From an uncultured Clostridia bacterium (GTDB taxonomy: Bacteria > Bacillota > Clostridia > Christensenellales > Borkfalkiaceae), in assembly GCA_944340685.1 (NCBI GenBank), contig CALVLR010000155.1:1-45593 (forward strand): a stretch of DNA of 45,593 bases, read 5' to 3'. The notes under the pieces were generated by a model that worked only from the letters and a program-made list of their open reading frames with translations, made no database searches and was not told the DNA's origin. The translations under genes were made by a program, and so were the position numbers. Shown piece after piece: positions 33,480 to 41,747 of this stretch (the stretch's first letter is position 1; each line of letters opens with the position of its first letter).

Positions 33480-34172
33480 TTAATCGATTTTGACGATGTC
33501 GGCATCGTCCAGCCCTTTGAGGAAATCGGGGATCTCATATCCGCCGCTTTCTTCGTCGGGACTTTTCTTTGTTTGGCTGCCTTCCGCTGCGGCAGTCTCT
33601 TCGGCGGGAAGTTCGTCGCGCGCATAGAGATACGTATCGCGGTCTTCATCGGAGTGGGAGATCGCCGCCATCAGGGCGTCGTAGTCGGGCAGTTCTTCCA
33701 GAGAATGCAGCTTGAACCTCTTCAGAAACTCATCTGTCGTAGCAAACAGGACGGGACGGCCGACGGCGTCCTTTCTGCCGCACGGGTAGATGAGCTTCAG
33801 ATCGAGCAGCGCATTGACGGCATAGTCGCTGTTGAGTCCGCGCAGAAGCTCGATCTCCGTACGCGTGATCGGCTGTTTGTATGCGATGATGGCGACTGTT
33901 TCCAAAATCGTTTTGGTGAGTTCCTTTTCGCGGATGGGATTGAGCACCGCGGAAACGCCCTCTTTGTATTTCGGGTTGGTTCCGAGCTGCGCTTTTTTAT
34001 TAAATTCGAGAAGCTGGATCCCTCCGTCTTCGCCGTATTTTTCGCGAAGCTCTTTGAGCGCTTTTTTGACTTCGCCTTCCGTGACGTTGAGCTTGTCGGC
34101 AATATCCGCAATGGGAACGCCCTTCCCGGAAGCAAACAGGATCGCCTCAATCGTATTCGTCAATATTTCCAA
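33480..34172 (-). CDS. scpB: segregation and condensation protein B
   Basis: Contains IEAILFASGKGVPI and the AYKQPITRTEIELLRG / GRPVLFATT motifs. The start is assigned to TTG 34172, 6 nt after AAGGAGG, overlapping the end of scpA. Confidence 0.85.
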   Translation of the reverse strand: MEILTNTIEAILFASGKGVPIADIADKLNVTEGEVKKALKELREKYGEDGGIQLLEFNKKAQLGTNPKYKEGVSAVLNPIREKELTKTILETVAIIAYKQPITRTEIELLRGLNSDYAVNALLDLKLIYPCGRKDAVGRPVLFATTDEFLKRFKLHSLEELPDYDALMAAISHSDEDRDTYLYARDELPAEETAAAEGSQTKKSPDEESGGYEIPDFLKGLDDADIVKID

Positions 34173-34965
34173 GGTCAGCCTCCTTGTCCCTGTCGGGATT
34201 GAGCGAGATTGTGATCTCGCCGAACGCATGTTCCTGTTTTACGCGCAGGAACTGATATTTGAGAAGTTCGAGAATTGCCTGAAATGTCGTAACGATCTCC
34301 GGCTTTGTATAATCATGCGTGAAAAGCTGTTCAAACTGCACCTGCTGCTTTTCTTCAAGACATTCCAAGACAAATTGGATTTTTTCTTCCACGGTGAACG
34401 AGTCACGCGGGATCTCGCGCACTTCGTCTTCTTTCAGCTCCTCTTCCCGCTTCAGCAGCAGCGCGGAGTAGGCGGAAATGAGTCCGTCCAGCGTGAGGTT
34501 TTCCATGGTGAATATGGTGCGCGTTTCACCGACATCCTTATCCGGTTCCTTGAAATAAAAGCCGATCGTCTCGAGCTCTTTGAGCTTTTTCGTCTCTTCC
34601 TTGATAAGGCGGTATTCTTCGAGCGCGCGGATGAGTTCGGCTTTGTCCTCTTCGATCTCCGCTTCGAGTTCCGGATCTTCCGTCAGATTCGGCACAAGCG
34701 CCTGCGCCTTGATTTTGATGATCGTGGCGGCGATATTCAGATATTCGCTCACTTTGTCTACGTCGAGGTAAGGCAGTCCCTTCATATAGTCGAGGAACTG
34801 TTCGGTGACCTGCGAAACAAATACATCTTTGATCTCGATCTCTTCGCGGTTGATGAGATACAGAAGAAGATCGAGCGGGCCTTCAAAGCCGTCGAGGACA
34901 GTCGTATAGTCGACGTTCGATTCAAATTTTTCGCTGATGGACTTGATGCGATCCTGGTCTACCAT
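34147..34965 (-). CDS. scpA: segregation and condensation protein A
   Basis: FEGPLDLLLYLINREEIEIKDVFVSQVTEQFLDYM is the canonical ScpA N-terminus. Confidence 0.9.
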   Translation of the reverse strand: MVDQDRIKSISEKFESNVDYTTVLDGFEGPLDLLLYLINREEIEIKDVFVSQVTEQFLDYMKGLPYLDVDKVSEYLNIAATIIKIKAQALVPNLTEDPELEAEIEEDKAELIRALEEYRLIKEETKKLKELETIGFYFKEPDKDVGETRTIFTMENLTLDGLISAYSALLLKREEELKEDEVREIPRDSFTVEEKIQFVLECLEEKQQVQFEQLFTHDYTKPEIVTTFQAILELLKYQFLRVKQEHAFGEITISLNPDRDKEADLGNIDEYD

Positions 34966-35645
34966 GGAATCAACCCCCAAAGCGCTGTGATCGGCCAGCC
35001 GAGATAGTCTGTCGCGAACGTCATAAACCAGTTGAGAATATTAAAATTCATCATCTGCACGACGCCGAAGCGCACAAAAAGATTGCAGATAAAACTCTCC
35101 GCAATGAGCGCGAGCAGAATGATCTGACCGTATTTATAGAAGAACTGATAGACTTTCCCCTTTTTTCTGTCGACTGCTTCCCAGATGCGGAACCCGTCCA
35201 GAGGATTGAGCGGAAGCAGGTTGAACACAAAGAAAGAGAGGTTATAGGCGAACAGAAAGTAAGTCAGATCATATAAAAAATCCGTAATAAACGGAACGTC
35301 GGGCATATAGAACAATACGACGAGAAAGAGCGGATACACCAGAAACGCCGCAAGATAATTCATGACGATCCCCGCGCTCGCCGTCAGTCCCAGCCCCAGC
35401 CGATACCTGCGGAAGTTGCTCGGGTTGATCGCAACGGGTTTCGCCCAGCCAAACCCGACGAGCGTGAAGCAGATCAGCCCCACGGGGTCGAAATGGCGCA
35501 GCGGATCCAGCGAGAGCCTGCCGCTCCATTTCGGCGTAGGATCTCCGCAGCGGTATGCCACATATGCGTGCGCAAATTCATGCAGCGTCAAAACGACGAC
35601 GACTGCACAAAACGATGCAAGCAGTTCGATAAGATAATCCAACAT
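34959..35645 (-). CDS. site-2 protease (peptidase M50) family membrane metalloprotease
   Basis: Has HEFAH (HExxH) in TM1 and the LLPLNPLDG (NxxPxxxLDG-like) motif, with a polytopic topology. ATG at 35645 has no SD. Confidence 0.8.
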   Translation of the reverse strand: MLDYLIELLASFCAVVVVLTLHEFAHAYVAYRCGDPTPKWSGRLSLDPLRHFDPVGLICFTLVGFGWAKPVAINPSNFRRYRLGLGLTASAGIVMNYLAAFLVYPLFLVVLFYMPDVPFITDFLYDLTYFLFAYNLSFFVFNLLPLNPLDGFRIWEAVDRKKGKVYQFFYKYGQIILLALIAESFICNLFVRFGVVQMMNFNILNWFMTFATDYLGWPITALWGLIPW

Positions 35646-35652
35646 CGCTACT

Positions 35653-35681
35653 ATTATATAAGATTTTGCCCGAAAAAGCAA
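35653..35681 (-). promoter_or_regulatory. sigma-A promoter for the M50-scpA-scpB operon; the predicted TSS falls at the ATG
   Basis: Read on the minus strand: TTGCTT, a 17-nt spacer, then TATAAT, then 7 nt (AGTAGCG), then ATG 35645. Confidence 0.55.
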
Positions 35682-35757
35682 GAGAATGTTCGCCGCGCGA
35701 CAAAATAATCTGCCCGTAAGGAGATCTTTCTTGCGCAATGCAGATGCTTTCTCCGAT

Positions 35758-37233
35758 TTATCTGCCGAGCGAGATCGTACGGGTGGCGATCCGTTCCGAA
35801 AACGCCCTGTCGTGTTCGACAAAAAGAATGGACGCACCCGAGGCGAGGATCGCTTCTTCGATCTGTTCGCGGGATGCAATATCGAGGTAGTTGAGCGGCT
35901 CGTCCCATACATACAGGTGTGCGCGTTCGCAAAGGCTCCTCGCCAGAGCCGCTTTCTTCTTCTGCCCTTCGCTCATATCTTTGAGATCGCGGCCAAGGTC
36001 GTTCTTCGAAAAACCGAAGCGGGAAAGGATCGCCTTGAAATATGCTTCCCCGATGCCGTACGTCGCAGCATATTCCGCAAGTGTACCCGAGTAGGCGAAT
36101 GTCTGCGGAACATAGGAAATTTTCAGCCGCGGCGAAAGTTCCAGCGTCCCGTCGCCCTGTATCTCTCCGACGATCCGCCTGAGGAGCGTACTTTTTCCCG
36201 TCCCGTTTGCACCGGCGAGGGCGATGCGTTCCCCCTGTCTCATCACAAAGGAGACGGGCTGTAAAATTTTCTTTCCGCCAAGCGAAACGCAACAATCTGA
36301 GGCGATCAGGAGCGTATCGCGAAAAAATTGCTCCGGAAACATACAAAGCGGCAAAATCTCTTCAAAGCCCTTCAAGAGTGCGGCGATCCCCTCTTCGGCG
36401 CGCTCCGTTCTGTCCCGTGCGGCGGTCGCGCGTTTCATGACGCGCGCGGCTTTTGCGCCGAGAAAGCCGCGGTCGGGTCGGAGACCGGAATTGCGCACGC
36501 CGAATTTTTCCCCTTCCGCAGCCGACGACCACTCTGCAATGCGCTGAGCGGACTGTCTGAGCCGCGTGCGCTCTTTTTCAAGTTTTTCCTTCTGCGCGGC
36601 GTCCGCCCGCTCGCGTTTTTCCCGCTCCGTCCGCCAGACGGTATAGTTGCCTTGCGTGACCGCGGCGCCCGTCTTTTCCAGAGATAAGATGTGGTCGCAG
36701 CACGCGTCGAGTACGGCGCGATCGTGGGAAATCAGGAAAAACCCGCGTTTTCCGCTGAGATACCGTGCGAGGACTTCTCTTCCCGCGCGGTCAAGATGGT
36801 CGGTCGGCTCGTCGAGAAGCGGGAAGCGATCTGACGCAAAGAGCACGGCGAGCTGCACCTTGGTCTGTTCTCCGCCGGAAAGCGTTGCAAACGGGCGAAA
36901 GAATACATCCTCATCAAGTCCGAGCAGGTTTGCCTCCCGAAAAACTTTCCAAAGCTCCTCTTCGCGAAGATATTGCTCCGAAAGTTCGTATCCGCTCGAT
37001 TGGCGATCGGCGATTTGAAGCGGAAATTTCAGAAAGCCAAAATCTGCAAGGATACTTCCTTCTCCCTGTAATTCACGCGTCAGAAGTCCGAACAGTGTGC
37101 TCTTCCCCATTCCGTTCCTGCCGATGATCCCGAGTTTCCAATCGGTATCGAGAACAAGGGAAAGATCCTCAAAGACGGGCGCAAGCCCGCTCGGATAGCT
37201 GAATGTAACTTTGCTGAATTGAATATACGACAT
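35758..37233 (-). CDS. Lsa-family ABC-F ribosomal protection ATPase (candidate lincosamide/streptogramin A/pleuromutilin resistance)
   Basis: Two ABC domains with no TM segments and 491 aa in total. DTDWKLGIIGRNGMGKST, LSGGEQTK, GAKAARVMKRA in the linker and YVWDEPLNYLD closely parallel Enterococcus Lsa(A) as I remember it. Confidence 0.85.
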   Translation of the reverse strand: MSYIQFSKVTFSYPSGLAPVFEDLSLVLDTDWKLGIIGRNGMGKSTLFGLLTRELQGEGSILADFGFLKFPLQIADRQSSGYELSEQYLREEELWKVFREANLLGLDEDVFFRPFATLSGGEQTKVQLAVLFASDRFPLLDEPTDHLDRAGREVLARYLSGKRGFFLISHDRAVLDACCDHILSLEKTGAAVTQGNYTVWRTEREKRERADAAQKEKLEKERTRLRQSAQRIAEWSSAAEGEKFGVRNSGLRPDRGFLGAKAARVMKRATAARDRTERAEEGIAALLKGFEEILPLCMFPEQFFRDTLLIASDCCVSLGGKKILQPVSFVMRQGERIALAGANGTGKSTLLRRIVGEIQGDGTLELSPRLKISYVPQTFAYSGTLAEYAATYGIGEAYFKAILSRFGFSKNDLGRDLKDMSEGQKKKAALARSLCERAHLYVWDEPLNYLDIASREQIEEAILASGASILFVEHDRAFSERIATRTISLGR

Positions 37234-37244
37234 GTTTTCCTCCG

Positions 37245-37275
37245 AAAAAAAATTCCGCAGGGAGACCCTGCGGAA
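37245..37275 (-). terminator. intrinsic terminator (lysA terminator and/or ABC-F attenuator)
   Basis: Read on the minus strand: TTCCGCAGGG-TCT-CCCTGCGGAA followed by TTTTTTTT, then immediately CGGAGGAAAAC-ATG of the ABC-F gene. Confidence 0.85.
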
Positions 37276-37372
37276 AACACGAAGGAATCCCGCCTCTGAT
37301 CTCCTGCAAGGTGCGCAAAACCATCCGCCGCGGTCGCGGCGAACGTTTCGTGCGTGTTTCCTTACAAAGAAA

Positions 37373-37384
37373 TCAAAGACGCAA
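37373..37384 (-). other. candidate 3-codon leader uORF (TTG-CGT-CTT-TGA, M-R-L-stop)
   Basis: The TTG lies 9 nt after GGAGG. An alternative ATT-initiated 7-codon frame (IASLISL) starts 1 nt earlier. Neither is confirmed. Confidence 0.3.
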
Positions 37385-37410
37385 TGCAGTATTCCTCCAA
37401 ATCCAGATGA

Positions 37411-38736
37411 TTACTTCAAACGCGCGGGGATCACGTCGTTCCGGACAAGATCTTCATACGTCTGAGGCTTTACGATATACTCCGCCTTGCCGTCCTTGAC
37501 AAGGACTGCGGCGGGAATAAAGTTGCGGTTATAGTTGGACGCCATCGAATAGTTATATGCGCCCGTGGAGAGCACGGCGACGATGTCGCCGAGGTTTGCC
37601 TTTGGAAGGTTGAACTGTGTGCCGATAAGGTCTCCGCTTTCGCAGCATTTTCCTGCAAGTGCAACGATCTCCGTAGGCGCATCACAGGCGCGGTTTGCGA
37701 GTACGGCGGTGTATTTGCTCTGGTAGAGCGCGTAGCGCGGATTGTCGAACATTCCGCCGTCGATGGCAAGGTATTTGCGGATGCCCGGGATCTCTTTGAT
37801 CGCGCCGACGGTATACAGGGTGATCCCCGCCTCTCCGACGATGGAGCGGCCCGGTTCGATGTTTATGAACGGAAGAGAAAGTCCCTGTGCGGCGCAGCCC
37901 GCCCTGACGGCTTCAAGCAATGCCTGCAGATATTCGCGGTAGCCTTCGACGCTGATCTTGGCGTCCTCGTCTGTGTACCAGATCCCGAAGCCGCCTCCCA
38001 TATTGAGGACGCGCGTCTCAAAACCGAGCGATTTTTTCATCTCCGCCATAAAGGCGATGTTTTTCTGCACGGCAAGGACGAACGACTGCTTTTCGAAGAT
38101 CTGAGATCCGATGTGGCAGTGGTATCCCATCAAACGAAGATTGCATTTGCCGAGGACGTACTTTGTAAATTCTGCGGCGGCTCCGCTCTGGGTGGAAAAT
38201 CCGAATTTTGAATCAGGCGTTGCCGTCTGGACATAGGCATGCGTATGCGCTTCGACGCCCGGGTTGACGCGGATGAGAACATTTTGGATCATACCGCGCT
38301 TTCCGGCTTCTGCGTCGAGCAGATCGGCTTCGGAATATTCGTCCAGAACAATGGTGCCGACACCGCAGTCGAGCGCGTACGAGATCTCGCGCGGGAGTTT
38401 GTTATTGCCGTGCATCGTGATCTTTTCGGCGGGGAAGCCTGCCTGCATCGCTGTATAGAGTTCTCCGCCGGAGACAACGTCCACGCCGATCTTTTCCTGT
38501 TTTGCGATCGCGTAGATCGCCTCGCAGGAAAATGCCTTGGAGGCATAGAGCACGAGGCCGTTTCCGCCGTACTCGCGGTCGATCGTATCCTGATAGATAC
38601 GCATCATGCGGCGGATATATGCCTCGTCAAATACATAGAGCGGCGTTCCGAACTGTTTTGCAAGCGTCGTGCAGTCTGCGCCGCCGATCTCCAAATGACC
38701 TTTTTCGTTGATTTTGAGTGTGTCTCGCGTATTCAT
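37411..38736 (-). CDS. lysA: diaminopimelate decarboxylase
   Basis: Contains FGTPLYVFDE, YASKAF (PLP Lys), GGGFG and CESGD motifs. ATG at 38736 has no SD. Confidence 0.93.
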   Translation of the reverse strand: MNTRDTLKINEKGHLEIGGADCTTLAKQFGTPLYVFDEAYIRRMMRIYQDTIDREYGGNGLVLYASKAFSCEAIYAIAKQEKIGVDVVSGGELYTAMQAGFPAEKITMHGNNKLPREISYALDCGVGTIVLDEYSEADLLDAEAGKRGMIQNVLIRVNPGVEAHTHAYVQTATPDSKFGFSTQSGAAAEFTKYVLGKCNLRLMGYHCHIGSQIFEKQSFVLAVQKNIAFMAEMKKSLGFETRVLNMGGGFGIWYTDEDAKISVEGYREYLQALLEAVRAGCAAQGLSLPFINIEPGRSIVGEAGITLYTVGAIKEIPGIRKYLAIDGGMFDNPRYALYQSKYTAVLANRACDAPTEIVALAGKCCESGDLIGTQFNLPKANLGDIVAVLSTGAYNYSMASNYNRNFIPAAVLVKDGKAEYIVKPQTYEDLVRNDVIPARLK

Positions 38737-38742
38737 AAAACT

Positions 38743-38772
38743 ATTATAACATACATATTTCCGCTCGGTCAA
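38743..38772 (-). promoter_or_regulatory. sigma-A promoter (extended -10) of lysA; the predicted TSS falls at the ATG
   Basis: Read on the minus strand: TTGACC, an 18-nt spacer ending in TGT, then TATAAT, then 6 nt (AGTTTT), then ATG 38736. Confidence 0.55.
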
Positions 38773-38773
38773 C

Positions 38774-38814
38774 AAAAAAAGACATAGTGTCTCTTTAAAA
38801 AGAAATACTATGTC
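38774..38814 (-). terminator. intrinsic terminator after the dacF-like gene
   Basis: Read on the minus strand: GACATAGT...ACTATGTC forms the outer stem, with further inner pairs, followed by TTTTTTT. Confidence 0.7.
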
Positions 38815-38849
38815 ACACATATTACTATTCTAAATCCTGTTTTACAGCT

Positions 38850-40007
38850 TTAATTCCAGCTTCGCGCCCCCTCTCGATACGCCTCCCACCAGGTATAGCG
38901 CTCAGCTGATTCATGCGCCAGCAAAGAGATCCTGTCTACTTCCGTTCCGTCGCGGTAGAGAACTGCCTCCCCGATCGCCTCACCCGCCGAGACGGGAGCG
39001 AGGATATCCCGCCACTCGTATGAGACAGTATAGTTTTCCTCTGTTCCGCGTCTTCTCAGATAGGCAAGCGTGCGGTCCGGCACGGCGTGAATGCTTTTTG
39101 TTGCGCTGCCGCGCACCGCAACAGGTTCTTCCAGCGCTTCCCCTGCCCTCAGAAGTACAGTGCTTTCAAAATTGTCGAATGCATAATCAAAGAGAGAGCT
39201 TACGGCGGAGAAGCGCGTTTTCGAATCGCTTGCGCCGATCGCAACGGAGATCACGCGCATATCTCCTTTGTGCGCTGCCGCGGCGAGGCAGAACCCTGCT
39301 TCGTTTGTGAATCCTGTTTTGCCGCCGTCGCAGCCGTCGTAGCTGCGGATGAGTTTATTTGTATTCGTCATCTGCGTCGTCCTGCCGTCCGGATGTGCAA
39401 AATCTTCCAACCAGACATGAGAATATTCATGGTATTTTTCGTGACCGATGAGTGCGCGCAGCATCACGGCTACATCTTTGGCACAGGAATACTGCGGATC
39501 TTTCGGAAGCCCCGTACAATTTGCAAAGAGCGTATTTTCCGCGCCAAGTTCCTTTGCCCGTGTATTCATACGCTCGCAGAAGGCCGCTTCACTTCCCGCA
39601 ACGCGTTCGGCGATCGCCACGCAGGAATCGTTTGCCGAACACACCGCAATACTTTTTAACAGTGCGTCGGCTGTATAGGTGAGCCCTGCGCCGAGAAAGA
39701 CCTGCGATCCCCCCATTCCCGCGGCACGTTCCGAGACGGTGATCTCATCGGTAAAAGAGAGTTCTCCGCGCTCTTCCGCCTCGAATGCCAGGAGCAGCGT
39801 CATGATCTTGCACATACTTGCGATCGGAAGACGCTCCGTTTCGTTTTTCGCATACAGCTGCACGCCGCTCGCTTCGTCCATTAGATACGCCGCTTTGCAG
39901 GCGAAGGAAAGTTCATTTTCATCCGCAGAGGCCGCTGCGGCGCCCGTTCCCAACATTGCCGCAGCAAAAGATACTGCCGCGACGGTACATATCAATCCCC
40001 TTTTCAT
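38850..40007 (-). CDS. serine-type D-Ala-D-Ala carboxypeptidase (peptidase S11, DacF-like) with a C-terminal PBP5 domain
   Basis: Has a signal peptide plus the ASMCK (SxxK), SAND (SxN) and KTGFT motifs. The start is set at ATG 40007. Confidence 0.85.
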   Translation of the reverse strand: MKRGLICTVAAVSFAAAMLGTGAAAASADENELSFACKAAYLMDEASGVQLYAKNETERLPIASMCKIMTLLLAFEAEERGELSFTDEITVSERAAGMGGSQVFLGAGLTYTADALLKSIAVCSANDSCVAIAERVAGSEAAFCERMNTRAKELGAENTLFANCTGLPKDPQYSCAKDVAVMLRALIGHEKYHEYSHVWLEDFAHPDGRTTQMTNTNKLIRSYDGCDGGKTGFTNEAGFCLAAAAHKGDMRVISVAIGASDSKTRFSAVSSLFDYAFDNFESTVLLRAGEALEEPVAVRGSATKSIHAVPDRTLAYLRRRGTEENYTVSYEWRDILAPVSAGEAIGEAVLYRDGTEVDRISLLAHESAERYTWWEAYREGARSWN

Positions 40008-40012
40008 ACTTT

Positions 40013-40041
40013 CAGTTTGTACGGTTTGACGCGACTTATAC
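40013..40041 (-). promoter_or_regulatory. possible forespore (sigma-F/G type) promoter for the dacF-like gene
   Basis: Read on the minus strand: GTATA, a 17-nt spacer, then CAAACTG (6 of 7 against CAHWHTA), ending 5 nt before the ATG. No SD is present. Confidence 0.3.
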
Positions 40042-40641
40042 CTAAATGATATTGCCGATGGGATGAAACAGCGCGGACAGCAGGATCGCTTCCGCAAGGC
40101 AGACGAGAACGGCGAGCGCAAGAAAAACGAGAAGATCGAGAACCAGCAGCCGGACGTCGTCCGCGCAAAACCGGAATCTGCGGGCGCGTCCGCAGGAGAG
40201 CGCCGCGCCGAGAATGAGCAGACAGTCGGTCAGGATATGCACGGGAAGATAGAGCGCAAAAACCACGAGCGCGCCCGTCAGCTTATATACGGAAAAGAAA
40301 ATGACGAGACTGCCGCCGAATGTACAGGAACGGTAAAAAAGAACGACGGTCGGTACGGTGAGACACGCATAGTGCATTCCGCCAAGAAGCACGAGCGCCA
40401 GCAGAAGCGCATTGCCCGCCGTCCGCTCAAAAAATATCACAAAGACACTTCGCTCCGAAAAACAGACGCGGTCTAAAAAACGCTCGCAAAGGCGCAGATG
40501 ATAATCGTATCCGGCGGGAGTTTTTACAAATACAGCGCCAAGTACAACGCATACAAGAAATCCTGCCGCAAAGATCACGAGCGCCCTTTTTCGTTCAAAG
40601 GCACGCGAAAAGACATCCCGAACATGAAAAAACGGGTCCAT
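40042..40641 (-). CDS. polytopic membrane protein, possibly SpoIIM-like (DUF95)
   Basis: Has 5-6 predicted TM helices. There is loose similarity to B. subtilis SpoIIM (VCVVLGAVFV versus GVVFGAVIV; LPVHILTDCLLILGAALS versus LPQNLLIIPAYIIVAV). The function is not secure. Confidence 0.4.
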   Translation of the reverse strand: MDPFFHVRDVFSRAFERKRALVIFAAGFLVCVVLGAVFVKTPAGYDYHLRLCERFLDRVCFSERSVFVIFFERTAGNALLLALVLLGGMHYACLTVPTVVLFYRSCTFGGSLVIFFSVYKLTGALVVFALYLPVHILTDCLLILGAALSCGRARRFRFCADDVRLLVLDLLVFLALAVLVCLAEAILLSALFHPIGNII

Positions 40642-40674
40642 ACCCTATCATATGAACCCGAAAGCATGTACTAT

Positions 40675-41682
40675 TCAGTTTTTCAGCATGTTCTCTATGC
40701 CGATTCCGTAACCGCGCGTCGGATCATTCAAAAAGACGTGTGTCACCGCGCCGACGAGTTTTCCGTTCTGAATGATGGGGCTTCCGCTCATACCCTGTAC
40801 GATCCCGCCCGTTTCCGCGATCAACGCTTCATCCGTAACTTTGATGACGAAATTTTTGTTTTCGCGGCTGTTCGCGGCCACTTTGGCGATGGCGGCCTCG
40901 TACGCTTTCGGCGTAACGCCGTCCACCGTGGAATAGATGACCGCTTTTCCGATCGTCGCTGCGGTAAGCGGAGCCGCCTCAACCGTCTCTGCATTTGAAA
41001 AATCATACCCGCCTGAAAAATTGCCGTAAAGTCCCGTTTCGCACACTTTATCGGCTTCTCCAAGGCGGCTGTCGTTCATGAAGAGCCCCCTCAGTTCCCC
41101 CGCTTTGCCGCGTTCTCCGCGGTTGACGCTGACGATACTGCAAAGATATACGGAGCTGTCTGCAATCGTGAGCGCGGACTTATCTTCGCCGCAGACTGCA
41201 TGCCCGAGCGCGCCGAACCGCAGCGTATCTTTTTGAATATAAGTGACGGTCCCGATGCCGGAAAGCGTATCGCGGATGAGAATGCCGATCTTATATTTGC
41301 CCGTATGCCTGTCTTGTACGGGCGTGATCTCAATTTTCGCCTGTTCGCCGCCTCGTTTGAGCGTAATGGTCACCGGTTTTCCTTTGCTTCTTGCGAAAGC
41401 GGCGTTGAGATCTTCGATGCTCTTTGTGTGGATCCCGTCGACTGCGACGATCACATCTCCCGTCCGCATGCCGGCTTCCGTTGCGGGACAGAAAGCCCCC
41501 TGCTCGGAGGAGACCTCTTTGAAGCCGACGATCTCGACGCCTCCCGCCGAAAGCGAGAAACCCGCCGTCATCCCGCCGATATAATATAATTCCGTCGCAG
41601 CCGAAGCGGGCAGCGCGTTTCCCCCGAGAAAGATACAGCCTGCCGCAAGAACTGCCGTAAAAAGAAATTTCAGCCTACGCAT
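40675..41682 (-). CDS. spoIVB: SpoIVB signalling serine peptidase (S55)
   Basis: Has a PDZ domain (GMRTGDVIVAVDG) plus the S55 motifs GTVTY, GALGH, GMSGSPI and GAVTHVFLNDPTRGYGI. A GGAGG SD precedes the start. Confidence 0.9.
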   Translation of the reverse strand: MRRLKFLFTAVLAAGCIFLGGNALPASAATELYYIGGMTAGFSLSAGGVEIVGFKEVSSEQGAFCPATEAGMRTGDVIVAVDGIHTKSIEDLNAAFARSKGKPVTITLKRGGEQAKIEITPVQDRHTGKYKIGILIRDTLSGIGTVTYIQKDTLRFGALGHAVCGEDKSALTIADSSVYLCSIVSVNRGERGKAGELRGLFMNDSRLGEADKVCETGLYGNFSGGYDFSNAETVEAAPLTAATIGKAVIYSTVDGVTPKAYEAAIAKVAANSRENKNFVIKVTDEALIAETGGIVQGMSGSPIIQNGKLVGAVTHVFLNDPTRGYGIGIENMLKN

Positions 41683-41747
41683 AACACCTCCGTGTACAGA
41701 AGGTAATTTGCGTAAGCCGAAAGCGTTCTATGCGTATTTTTCTTGGA

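Larger units (their letters stand above)
37234..37410 (-). promoter_or_regulatory. 5' leader of the ABC-F gene (candidate ribosome-mediated attenuator)
   Basis: On the minus strand it contains an SD GGAGG (37398-37394), a mini-ORF, segments capable of alternative pairing, and a terminator abutting the gene's SD. Confidence 0.55.

Noticed and set aside
38737-38849. A lysine riboswitch (L-box) upstream of lysA, and a T-box upstream of ilvC (15119-15267).
   Set aside because: Both gaps are too short and are fully accounted for by a terminator plus promoter (lysA) or a promoter plus SD (ilvC). No conserved riboswitch or T-box elements are seen.
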